The notes below the pieces were generated by a model. It saw only the letters and a list, made by a program, of their open reading frames with translations. It did not search any database and was not told the DNA's origin. A program made the position numbers and the translations under genes. Of a stretch of DNA of 64,000 nucleotides, positions 11,101 through 20,540 are shown one piece after another (positions within the stretch are counted from its first letter, which is position 1; each line of letters opens with the position of its first letter). This DNA is from Histomonas meleagridis 2922-C6/04-290x (Eukaryota; Protista; Parabasalia), in contig JAANOX010000221.1 of NCBI GenBank assembly GCA_020184695.1, positions 29,494-93,493 on the forward strand. The letters run 5' to 3'.

Positions 11101-12224
11101 CTTTAAGATCGAATGGTGATTTCATTGAAGAATCATCTGAGAAAACTTTAATACCTAAAAGTAATTTTGCTCAAAATAGTGGCACTATAACACCACGAAG
11201 ATTAAGACCCGTATTTACTTTACCAAGTAACACGAGGCCTCCGAGTGTTAACTTTGATAATAGCAACAATAATTTCACGCGTAAAATTAATAATTTTGAT
11301 ACCGAAATTAACAACAATAATGATAATAATGATAATCATCAACAACAACAACAACATGTAGAACCGAAACAACCAATGATTAGATTAACAAGAAGAGCGA
11401 ATGATGGAGGGTTAGATGCGTTTCCTTCAATTAAACCTCTCGTTCAACAAATTCATTCTGCTGATAGTAGTCCAAATAAGCAACAAGAAACTGTTAATGA
11501 TAACAATGACATTACAGATGATAAAAAGAAACCAAATATATCCGGAATTATTAATCGTAGAATGTCAATGCAAACAACAAATTCAAGGAACTTAAGAACA
11601 CCACAAAAACAACAACAGAATCAAACACAACAACAAAACAATGATGAAGCTGTTAAAGGTAATTTACCTACAGACACAGAAAAAACAAAATCGGATCCTT
11701 TCGTTGGCTTTGCTACTACTAAAGCGAGAAGATCTTCTTCGATACGAAATCCCCAGACATCTAAAGCGACGATTCTATACCAGCATTTGTTTGTCGAAGA
11801 AAGCGAAGATGGATCTTCTACTGCAAAACGACGCAAACGTAAAAGAAGGAAATCGAAAGAAGAAAGAACGAATAATAATAATAATAAGAAAGAAATTAAT
11901 TCCGATAACACAAATAAAACAGAAAATGATAACAATTTGATGATACAGAATCGACGGCCTTCTAAAATATCGAAAGATGCTATAACACTTCGACCTGCTG
12001 ATAGTAATGTAAAGAGTTCTAGTGGAAGAAGTGCATTGATAACTAATAATAATAATAGTAATAATAATACCGAAAGAGAAAAACATGCGCCTGTGTTACC
12101 AGGACCTATAAGAGCAAGAAAGAACCCAAGACATCAATTGGGTTCACCGGAAAGAGTAGCGAGAAGATTCGTTGCGAAAAATATCGATGAAATGTTACAA
12201 AAGCCAATAAGTCAGATCGAATAA
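8181..12224 (+). CDS. RhoGEF (DH-PH) plus six Kelch repeats plus long low-complexity C-terminus
   Basis: DH motifs HRNNIIKEIIQTEKQF and SFLITPIQRLPRYLLFIRELVKITPKSHPD. Kelch GG blades IIFYGG, YVIGG, LYIFGG, MFILGG, MLIIGG, IIIYGG. The open frame starts at 8109; the likely ATG is 8181. Confidence 0.88.
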   Translation: MAPRYICICSDTGPNKIYEESKFKGMSVHKLIAKNILEEKQTVWVHTPNFMIALSETEIPIKVYPDLLLTQKSYNYKRPNFYLYQSSTIPEDNIILYLNTIQKQEFYIPPIPVSLAISELVNITFSDLSDQVLSIIGYNSKVNCFYADGMLIDEEETLNNFIDFESPPELSVDIEFSSKSLQRMQHRNNIIKEIIQTEKQFLEGLNQIMTFWQVQFKNRNVLTENEQNMIFRDIQVIYKSHNEFYEAFLRQDLDYSADSAATFLEYQNCLRSSIHYISRFSSINELINIKKQNRAFTSTMNELQQMNDGRDLMSFLITPIQRLPRYLLFIRELVKITPKSHPDSALLPLAEEVIEKITIEADQATRQAKQQTMLKEIEDKLKKYEISLQDPSRQIIMLVEITLQNQKKNFQAQLCLCNDIVFIYVDRGKTGKLIFSQSLYTFHYLPLVGEFRSVVIPYIYKVKESVYERTEFIISFSKLEEKTQFLDNIHLLLDSFNEKQGDKERQIRWSLTSISDSLPSICQHNCISNGESIIFYGGISAQRLICSEFSSYHQQNLRNFPLSEMTTLECGIIGRRKSTFTYLKDYFYVIGGFVGTKEIPDIMRYNLNTGEWHQYGIKNPFYRHGHTCVSYKGKLYIFGGKSKENGFSSQIYVLDPNQKEIEQLNINGKKPDPRSGHSAIVFKDKMFILGGKNEKGILNDFWSFDFINMTWNKEILNEYIRPRTSHLSLLLGNEMLIIGGITDCPESNTFTINLNNFEISKINNYGNFPSSLRYMSGSILSNKEIIIYGGIEYKSKTPLCTLYTLKLSKSWMDEIKNEIIDCFDQNKWEEILNSQRCHTLISHQSTYLPDTNRLKSKDKNQNNITSNQIKTRTRRASIAALISKTEDKNNNNIPSNKQPIYQRMIIESIAIEKIDSDNLATFVIDSPKLKRQQQSDKNETLTPRQLVEEKISPGIQRRYSVFPKSQGMRKLRTALRSNGDFIEESSEKTLIPKSNFAQNSGTITPRRLRPVFTLPSNTRPPSVNFDNSNNNFTRKINNFDTEINNNNDNNDNHQQQQQHVEPKQPMIRLTRRANDGGLDAFPSIKPLVQQIHSADSSPNKQQETVNDNNDITDDKKKPNISGIINRRMSMQTTNSRNLRTPQKQQQNQTQQQNNDEAVKGNLPTDTEKTKSDPFVGFATTKARRSSSIRNPQTSKATILYQHLFVEESEDGSSTAKRRKRKRRKSKEERTNNNNNKKEINSDNTNKTENDNNLMIQNRRPSKISKDAITLRPADSNVKSSSGRSALITNNNNSNNNTEREKHAPVLPGPIRARKNPRHQLGSPERVARRFVAKNIDEMLQKPISQIE

Positions 12225-12297
12225 TAATAAATGTTAATGAGTGGATTTTTTATTATATTTTTTAAAAGGAATCTAAAAAAAATTTTTTTTTGTTTAT

Positions 12298-12801
12298 TTA
12301 AACTGAAAACCAATCATTCGTTAAAGGACAGTCGCAATGTGAATAATCAAGGAAATCAAGCTCGCGCCATGAAGAACCAACAAAAAAGATTTCTTCTTGA
12401 TGCTCCTTAAGATCTACAACTTCAGTGGTATGAGGTGGTGATAATTGTTCAGGTGTAACGTGTTTAATTAACCAATTCCATCTGTTTTTAATAGTAATTG
12501 AAGAACGATTTGGAAAAAATGAAACAATCTTTGACCATTTGTTCCCATATTCTTTTTGCTTCTCAAGGAGTAAAGCATCTTCAACAGGCGTCCATCCATC
12601 TCGTACAAGGTTAGGATCTAACATTCCAATCCATCTTTCACGACATTGTTTTCCATTTCTTCCTTGAACATGTTGTGCTACTGAAGACCAATTCGATTTC
12701 CCATAAATCTTCACTGCTTCCCTTAGTTGATCATCTTCAACCTGAGTCCATTTAACTTTCTTATGACTCTGAATGCTTCTCTCCCTTCTCCTTTCCATCA
12801 T
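12298..12801 (-). CDS. R2R3 Myb-like DNA-binding protein
   Basis: KWTQVEDDQLREAVKIYG...GRNGKQCRERW and WTPVEDALLLEKQKEYGNKWSKI...NRSSITIKNRW. Confidence 0.95.
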   Translation of the reverse strand: MMERRRERSIQSHKKVKWTQVEDDQLREAVKIYGKSNWSSVAQHVQGRNGKQCRERWIGMLDPNLVRDGWTPVEDALLLEKQKEYGNKWSKIVSFFPNRSSITIKNRWNWLIKHVTPEQLSPPHTTEVVDLKEHQEEIFFVGSSWRELDFLDYSHCDCPLTNDWFSV

Positions 12802-13454
12802 GAATAATTTTGATTCTAAATTTCATTCAAAATTCTGTTTTATTGTGGAAGTCAATTTAATTGAAATTACTTAAAGTTAGTTAAAATTAATGAATTTACT
12901 TTTTATTTAGACTAAAGAAATAATTCCTCTTTTGATGAACCATGAATTGAATAGTACTGAACACGTTTCCCTTCAAAAAAAGAAATATGTCAAGTCTCTT
13001 TTGCTCTCAAAATTTTATGTGCTGGTTATTGCCATTCAAAATTCTTTGTCACCCAACTCAACTTACTTTTTCAATATATTTAAAAAGCATTTATGACCGT
13101 TTATATCACATCTGTGAAATTTCAAATCCAATTTTTAGACCCTAAAAAACTTTACCTTTCGATCGTGCATTATTTTGAATAAATTTTAGAGTTTCGATAG
13201 CTTGATTATCTATGAAAAATCAACTTAGTTTATCGGTGTGGCATCTGGCTATTCAAAATGAAGAGAATTTTATTTTTTTATTTATTATTTCTTTTCGTTA
13301 ATTTTTATTTCTCTCTTTCAAAGTATAGATTTTTAATAGCGTTACATGTAAAAATATAAAAAGAAAAGCAACATATTTAATACATATCTTTACAAAGTCA
13401 AATTTAGCTATAGCTCAAATCATTTTGTTTTATAAAATATTTTGTCCTTAAGTT

Positions 13455-13838
13455 TTGATATTCTAAGCAAAGAACACTTTGTTCTATCTTTATATTTCCA
13501 CTTACTACATTTAGCACCAACTTAAATTTAGATCGAAGTTAAAAATCATTTTGGTTTCTAAGATATCATCAGCTAAAGTTAAAAAATATTTTTTCTTATT
13601 TACATTTCCATAAATATTAATCATAATTCTCGAAAGCTCATTTTGTATATACAAATTCATCACCAAACTTAATTTAACTTGAGGTAAAAGAATTATTTTG
13701 TTTGATAACACACACTAAAGTTATAAAGATTAATTATAATTCTCGAAATTTGATTTTCTCTAAGCAAATTCATCACTGACTTATATCAAGTTGATATCCA
13801 AGAATTATTTTATTTTATAACACAAACTAAAGTTATAA
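13455..13838. repeat. Degenerate tandem repeat of about 112 bp
   Basis: AATTCTCGAAA...CAAATTCATCAC...AAGAATTATTTT...ATAACAC..ACTAAAGTTATAAA at about 13626-13728 and 13738-13838, with a weaker copy upstream. Confidence 0.6.
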
Positions 13839-13859
13839 AAAAAAAATAAATAAATTTTG

Positions 13860-14861
13860 CTAATTTACTCCAAGAACAGTTTGTACTATTTTCTTATTTT
13901 CCTCATTTCCACAGTTGTTAATTATAACATAGTTCTCAAAGGCCTCTTTTCCATTTGCAAATTCATCACAACCACAAAACGCAAATCCGAATGTTTCCAT
14001 TGTATCGAAAATTAAATTTTTTTCTTGTAACATTTTTCGCATTTCTTCATTAGCACTTAGCACTAGTGTATATCCGTTTTGTGATACAAACAAATTTTTT
14101 TGATTCTTTAACTCATCGAAATCATTGATTTCGTCTGAAGTAGAATTCATTTTAATGGTGGCAAGTGCAGATGACATTTCGCAGCTCTTGAAATTGAAGC
14201 CAAGGTTTCCATATACAAATTTGAAGTCGTAGCGGACATTTCCTAATACCCATCCATCATATCGCTTAGTCACATCTTCATCTTGTGTACCAACGCGACC
14301 CCAATCTCGAATACAAAGTGCTTTGTTGTATATAACGGGATCATTAAAAAGAGCTAATGCACAAATACTATCAAATGTGATTATTGATGCATCACTTCCA
14401 GTAGTTTTGACAGTACTATACATAAGATCTTCGATAATGGTTACATTTGCGAGCTTTGAATAATCTTGCGGAATGGAAAGAGGATTTGAAATAAAAACAA
14501 ATTTCGTTTCTGGTGTTATGTATTGTTGTATTTCTTCTGGAGTAGCCATTAGTGTCTCTTTGTTAATATCGTAATACTTTATTGTGGCCTTTAATTGTGA
14601 TAATATCCCAATAAATGATTGAGGGGAAACTGATGGAATTAAAACTTGTTCTCCTTCGCAAATGCCATAAGCAATGCAAGCCAAAAACAAAGCAGAATTT
14701 TTGCTATTAACTAAAATTCCATGATTTTTATTACATTTCAAAGGAACTTCTTTTTCTAACAAAGCTGCTTTCTTTCCAGGGGCGACCCAACCATTATTTA
14801 AAACATGAATAACTTCCTCTATTTCATTTTGATTACATTTTTTATTGTAGAACTTAAACAT
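13860..14861 (-). CDS. DegT/DnrJ/EryC1/StrS-family protein, RfbH/DdhC (CDP-4-keto-6-deoxyglucose 3-dehydrase)-like, divergent
   Basis: EEVIHVLNNGW..PG, LVNSKNSALFLA, IIED and RDWGR...YDFKFVYGNLGFNFKSCEMSSA follow the RfbH-type layout. Confidence 0.8.
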   Translation of the reverse strand: MFKFYNKKCNQNEIEEVIHVLNNGWVAPGKKAALLEKEVPLKCNKNHGILVNSKNSALFLACIAYGICEGEQVLIPSVSPQSFIGILSQLKATIKYYDINKETLMATPEEIQQYITPETKFVFISNPLSIPQDYSKLANVTIIEDLMYSTVKTTGSDASIITFDSICALALFNDPVIYNKALCIRDWGRVGTQDEDVTKRYDGWVLGNVRYDFKFVYGNLGFNFKSCEMSSALATIKMNSTSDEINDFDELKNQKNLFVSQNGYTLVLSANEEMRKMLQEKNLIFDTMETFGFAFCGCDEFANGKEAFENYVIINNCGNEENKKIVQTVLGVN

Positions 14862-14969
14862 TGTTTAGACTTCCGAATTCAGTACTTTACGCAACATTCT
14901 ATGTACCGCAATAAAGTTATCAAACAGAAAAGTGCTATTATTTTATTATACAAAAACTTAAAAAAAAAT

Positions 14970-16373
14970 TCATTTTCTCCCGAATAAAGAAGAAAAGAAT
15001 CCCTTTTTCTCTTCTTTCTTCTCTTCTTCCTCCTTATCCTTTTTCTTTTGGGTACTATTTGGATCTCCATATATTGATACTTTTCTTCCGAACGACAATT
15101 TCTCTGGATTCACATTAATTTCGCTTTTGCTATTTTTCTTCTTCAGCATTAAATTTTGTTCAATGTTTTCATTCTTCTTCCCATAAGCCTCCGCCAGCTT
15201 CGAAATCTCCGCCAATAATTCCGAATAACAAATTTCCTTTTGCGCCTTAGTATACACAGGAACAACGTTTCGATTTCTTCCGACATTCGTTGGCTCCCAA
15301 AACGCTGAATATATTTCTCCGCCGGGTCCATTTTCTATGTCGCGCATCAGTTGCAGAATTGTTTGCGATTGCGCAGTTTGCTGTACAAATAACTCCGAAA
15401 ACGAAGTCAATTTACGTAACTTATCCCATTCATTAAAAAGCCTTTTTGGTGCAGTTGTACGTAAATTCAACCCAGCGGATATAACATTAAGGATTAACTT
15501 GTTACATTGCGCTCGGATAACGACGGGATCCAATTTACTTTCGCGAATCGTCTTCGAAAAAGTGTCAATGTCTTTCTCGACACGCGCTGGAAATGAAAAT
15601 GGAGGACGTGCAGCGGCCATTGATGTGTCGACATTGATAAAAACGTGATCATCCATTTCGGGAGATTGTAATACATTACTTAATGAGGAATGGATGCCAA
15701 TAATATATGGAAATGGAGCAAAAAGTGTATCAATCAAATGATGCGGGAGTACTGGTATGAAAACGCCTGGCCATGGGATGGGATGAATTAATGAGAGAAG
15801 TGCAAAACAGGTACGAGATACTTTGGAGAGATCAGACGAGATTACAATGATCTTGTTGTCGAGAACAATTGATGTTAATATCGTTCCAACTAAATATGGA
15901 TCAATGGTTTGGAATAATTCTGTAAGAAAAGTGGAAAGAAGATTGTTTTCATTGGCATCAAGATTCTTAAGCTGTAGGGATGGTTGCCGAAAACGCTTAA
16001 GAAGATCTAATCCTGCTTTTGGAGGATTTTGTAAATATAAATTGATGATGTGAAAGTATTTGGGTGGATCAAAAAAGGAGGAAAGAAGGCAATACGCAAT
16101 TTGATTGTCCGAAGTTATACTTTTGATTTTGACATATCCAAAAGTTGGTTCGGAATTCACACTGCTTAAATAAATTGTAAAACAGGCCTGAGCGCAATCG
16201 CCATAGTCTAGTATGGATGTTAATGGGAAACAAAATTTCCAAAGTGGTTGTTGATTTGTTTGGGGAGCATTTTCCGGGAAAATTATTGTTTGCTTACAAC
16301 CACTTGGAGTCTTGTCAATACGAGTGAAAAGAAAAAAGAAGGAAGTATTTGGATCTCGACAGAACCGGATCAT
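14970..16373 (-). CDS. DENN-domain protein (putative Rab GEF)
   Basis: LDNKIIVISSDLSKVSRTCFALLSLIHPIPWPGVFIPVLP...APFPYIIGIHS is the DENN core motif. Confidence 0.9.
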   Translation of the reverse strand: MIRFCRDPNTSFFFLFTRIDKTPSGCKQTIIFPENAPQTNQQPLWKFCFPLTSILDYGDCAQACFTIYLSSVNSEPTFGYVKIKSITSDNQIAYCLLSSFFDPPKYFHIINLYLQNPPKAGLDLLKRFRQPSLQLKNLDANENNLLSTFLTELFQTIDPYLVGTILTSIVLDNKIIVISSDLSKVSRTCFALLSLIHPIPWPGVFIPVLPHHLIDTLFAPFPYIIGIHSSLSNVLQSPEMDDHVFINVDTSMAAARPPFSFPARVEKDIDTFSKTIRESKLDPVVIRAQCNKLILNVISAGLNLRTTAPKRLFNEWDKLRKLTSFSELFVQQTAQSQTILQLMRDIENGPGGEIYSAFWEPTNVGRNRNVVPVYTKAQKEICYSELLAEISKLAEAYGKKNENIEQNLMLKKKNSKSEINVNPEKLSFGRKVSIYGDPNSTQKKKDKEEEEKKEEKKGFFSSLFGRK

Positions 16374-17782
16374 TTTTTGGAAATTTTAACTAAATAAGGG
16401 TAAAACCGTTAATTTGCTTTTTTTCATCGTTCTATACAAATGCGAATAATTATTTGCGCCTGATCTGTTGTAACGTAACAAAATTGAAAGGTTAACCTTT
16501 TGAATAATTATTCCAAACAAAATAACCCGCCGTGTCAACTGGCAAAAACTGCTTGTATGGAGTCAGCATGATTTTTTTAATTAAATTTTATTTATATTTT
16601 GTATTTATTATTAATAATTCCTATTAAACATATTTTGTGATTTATACTCTATTTTATAGGCAAAAAATAAAAATATTTTCATTTTATTGATTTACAGTTT
16701 TTTCTGTCGTTATTTGGTCTTTGATTACACCAAAAGTGACTTTAATCTGCTCTCAAACGATTATTTTTGATTTAAAAAATTTATAAACAATTGAAATTTA
16801 TTACCATATTAAATGATAATATCTTTGTATTGGAAGCATAAATTTAAATAAAACACAGAAAATAATTTCATCATATAAAGTTATCATCATACTTTAATTT
16901 AAAAAATTATATAAAAGAATTATCGAGAAATGATGAATTTCATAAAAAGAAGCAAATTATGTAAAATGTTTTCGACAAGATATTGTTCCAAAAAATTTTT
17001 CCAAATAATAAATACATTACAAGAAAAGTAAATGATAAATTATATCAAAGAAAAAATCGTAAAATTAAAGCCATTATTTTTTCAAAAAGCAAAAGAAAGA
17101 TATTTCAACTTTTAAATATGTGTAATATGTTTAACTCGAGTAGTACCGCTTTTCTCATGATAATATCTTATTGTCTCCATCAGAATTGGGGAAATTAAAA
17201 GGAAAAAAAATAATTAATTCACAAAAAAGACATTATGTCACTTCAATTTACTCACTTTCTGCTTGCAATTTTTCATTTTCAGGATGTCCTTAACATTTTT
17301 TCATGTATAACCTTACTAAGTAAAATCGTAAAATTTAAAATAAAAATCCAAAGGAATCCCCAAAACTCTTCTTTTTATTTAAGCAAACTAAAATGTAGTA
17401 GGACTAATGCTTAAATGAATTTTACCAAAGTTTAATTGATTAGTTAAACAATACAATTGTTCTGTAATAATATTCATTCTTAATATTATAATATTAAGTG
17501 CTTAGAAGATGTGTTGTAATGTGTAAAAGCATATTATAAATTAGGTAAATCTTAAGATCTTAATAAAAGATCACATGAAAATTAACATAAATCTTATTGA
17601 AATAAGTTTTTGCAGTCACAAAAAAATGTTATTGTTCATCTATTCATATTGTAACTTAATAATCTCTCTTACCTAAACGTATATAATGTTAAAGCATTAA
17701 GCAAACAATTGCTTATATAAAATTTTTCTTATGCCATAAAATGTGAATATTATTCTCATAATGCCAAATCAAAGTGGTTTAT

Positions 17783-18586
17783 TCATTTTTTCTTGGTACC
17801 CATTGAAGCAGAGCCAACGATTTCGGCGCGCCAGTTAACCTTTGATTTGGTGACTGGAAGTCTACGACGAAGACGGTTCAAACCCTCATCCTTGAGGAGG
17901 TCGAAACCGTAGGCAAGCTTCTCGGTCCATGTCTTGTAGAACTCGGAGAGCTTCTTGACAGCTGCTGCTGCCATTGAATCATTATCATTTCCGCTGACCT
18001 GTGCTTCGAAGTCGGCACTGTTCTCAAGGGTACAGTTACCGTTTTCGTAGAAGTGAGCAGCAGCTGTGATCTTACCTTGAAGATGGCCATTTTCGATTGT
18101 GAATCTCATGAAGACATCACCGGTACGATAGTTTTCTCGTGCAATTGAGGAACCACTGAGAACAATTGCAACTCCATTATTTGTATCATAAACACCACAT
18201 GCTCCATTTTTAAGAGTATTCTTTGAGAAAACATCAAGAGCAGTTTGGCAAGCATTCCTGAATGGTGTTGATTCTAACTGTTCATCAGTTTCTTGTGAAG
18301 TACGATCTTCAAAGTTGTATTTGAAAATTTTCATTGTATGTGGATCAACAAACCTGCTTCCATCTTGAAGTGCTTCTTCGCAAACCATAGCTGAATGGTT
18401 GCCAACTTCAACGGCAACACATCGAGACATCATCCACTTGCGAACTGATTGTTTTCTAGCTTCTTCAACAACTGCTTTGTCATCAACAAACTGGTTCATA
18501 GCATTGACGCAATCCTCGAATTCACCTGGTGGAGCATTGACGAGAAGTCTTGAGGCGGCTTCGACAAGCTTTGGATCAGCTTCCAT
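17783..18586 (-). CDS. CAPZA: F-actin capping protein alpha subunit
   Basis: LLVNAPPGEFEDCV, AAHFYENGN, LRRRLPVTKSKVNW. The likely ATG is 18586 (MEADPK), preceded by a TCATTT Inr-like motif. Confidence 0.93.
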   Translation of the reverse strand: MEADPKLVEAASRLLVNAPPGEFEDCVNAMNQFVDDKAVVEEARKQSVRKWMMSRCVAVEVGNHSAMVCEEALQDGSRFVDPHTMKIFKYNFEDRTSQETDEQLESTPFRNACQTALDVFSKNTLKNGACGVYDTNNGVAIVLSGSSIARENYRTGDVFMRFTIENGHLQGKITAAAHFYENGNCTLENSADFEAQVSGNDNDSMAAAAVKKLSEFYKTWTEKLAYGFDLLKDEGLNRLRRRLPVTKSKVNWRAEIVGSASMGTKKK

Positions 18587-19829
18587 TGTGAGTTGATAAA
18601 ATGACAGCATTGTCCTCAATTTTGAATAGGGATTTGCGGTTATGAAGTAGATGGGACACCCCACATAAAAAAAGAAAAAATTAGCGTTAACAGAGAGTAA
18701 AAAAAAGTTATAAAATTAAAAGTTATGCAACTATTTCATACGATACATACCACCCTATAGATGGCATAGGTGAAACAATTTATTGTTTCTAAGAAAAGAT
18801 AAAAATTTTACTGTGATTGATGTTTGTGTTGGGAGAAAAATGGTACTTTTTCACATCAAATGTCCCGAAACTTCTCACTTTTTGATTGGATTATATCTCA
18901 TAAACTATTATATGAGATGATTTAAAAAGTTCCTAAGTCTTATGGTTTACACTTGGACCCACAATGGTGCTGATAGCACTTTTTGATTCCGCTCATAACG
19001 TTGGTTACTTTTTACTTTTTGTTCTTAGATTTGCACCTTTTGCTTTTGAGAAGTTTATGTTAAACTAATGTAAAGCATACAAAAATATTGACTTTTGATA
19101 TGAAAATAGTTTTGCTTTTCTAAAGTGACAACTAAAGCATCGAGATTTCATTCATTATTTGATATGTTTTTACTTCAAGTAAGCGGATGGGAATACTGAT
19201 TATCAATCGGACATGCAGAATGACATAAATTAGTGATGTAAATAATTTTGATAAACATCAGAAAAAAAATATTGGGTGAAGTTTGAAGCTGAGTTACACA
19301 TTCCAATTAATATTATAACATGTAATCCAAGTTTTTTTATTATTTAATCTTGATTATCATGAATTAATATGAGGGGATTTATTTTTATACGTATAAATCT
19401 GATACAATATCTTCAGTGTTCTTATTTCCAATAAGGAATATGCATGGTTGTCATGTTTAGAGTGAGTTCGGAAAAATGCCTACAACTTTGGAACCTCAAA
19501 AGTGTCCTCTGCCGTTCGAACGCTTGCACCATCGGTTATTTAGACAGCTTTCCCACTTTTTCTGTCGCGTTCATTCAAACCGTTTATCCAAATCTACGGT
19601 TTGTCCGGAACCTTTTATACGTGAAGAATGATAACTAAATATCGAGTTAATTCGTAATATTTTCTTGTAATTTTTGATACATTTATATTCTATATTAATT
19701 TATCCAACGAAATGTCAAGTTTGTTTTTTAAGAAATAGCAAAAACTACGAAAACCAGGTGAAGTTTTCTTCGTAAAGGATGATGGACATTTTATGGCGAA
19801 TACATCAGAATTTTTGTGATAAAATTGTC

Positions 19830-19848
19830 AGCGGTTAATCACATCACT
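19830..19848 (+). promoter_or_regulatory. M3-like (AGCGGTT) plus Inr-like (TCAC/TCACT) core promoter
   Basis: AGCGGTT at 19830-19836, then TCACATCACT just upstream of the ATG at 19856. Confidence 0.5.
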
Positions 19849-19855
19849 ACACTTG

Positions 19856-20473
19856 ATGTCTGAAAACAAAGTTCCATTAGAACTCATCCAAAAAGGCGTC
19901 GAACTCAAGAAGGTCGAAACAAAGGAACACAAGCTCCCAACAGCTGAAGAAATCGCCGAACAAAAGAAGCTCGCTGAACAAGAAGGTGCTCAAGTTCTTC
20001 CAGAAGATCTCCCAAGAGATGGCCAAAACCGCAACGTTCACGATCTTATCAAGGAAGGAAAAGAACTTAAGAAAGTTGAAACAAAGGAACCAAAACTCCC
20101 AACAGCTGAAGAAATCGCTGAACAAAAGAAACTCGCTGAACAAGAAGGAGTTCAAGTTCTTCCAGAAGATCTCCCAAGAGATGGCCAAAACCGCAATGTT
20201 CACGATCTTATCAAGGAAGGAAAAGAACTTAAGAAGGTCGAAACTAAGGAACCTAAGCTCCCAACAGCTGAAGAAATCGCCGAACAAAAGAAGCTCGCTG
20301 AACAAGAAGGAGTTCAAAGACTCCCAGAAGATCTCCCAAGAGATGCTCAAAACCGTACTGTTCACGATCTTATTAAGGAAGGCAAGCCAGAACTTAAGAA
20401 GGTCGAAACTAAGGAACCACGCCTTCCAACAGCCGAAGAAATCGCTGAACAAAAGAAGCTTGAAGGACAATAA
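19856..20473 (+). CDS. Four-repeat beta-thymosin/WH2-like actin-binding protein
   Basis: Four LKKVETKE(H/P)(K/R)LPTAEEIAEQKK motifs, each preceded by a (D/E)LIxxG helix, in 54-aa (162-nt) units. Compare the thymosin-beta [22 protein letters not shown] motif. Codon usage is C-rich, typical of high expression. Confidence 0.8.
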   Translation: MSENKVPLELIQKGVELKKVETKEHKLPTAEEIAEQKKLAEQEGAQVLPEDLPRDGQNRNVHDLIKEGKELKKVETKEPKLPTAEEIAEQKKLAEQEGVQVLPEDLPRDGQNRNVHDLIKEGKELKKVETKEPKLPTAEEIAEQKKLAEQEGVQRLPEDLPRDAQNRTVHDLIKEGKPELKKVETKEPRLPTAEEIAEQKKLEGQ

Positions 20474-20540
20474 GTTCACTCTTAAACCCTTCAATTCATG
20501 AATTTTTTTTAAATTTAATTTCGTTTTATTAATTCCAATT

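Noticed and set aside
19444-19638. GC-elevated intergenic island / 64-aa ORF between capping protein and thymosin-like genes
   Set aside because: No recognisable protein or RNA motif; cannot distinguish from regulatory DNA.
19877-20501. Overlapping ORFs 19877-20494 (-) and 19986-20501 (+)
   Set aside because: Shadow frames of the repetitive, codon-biased thymosin-like gene.
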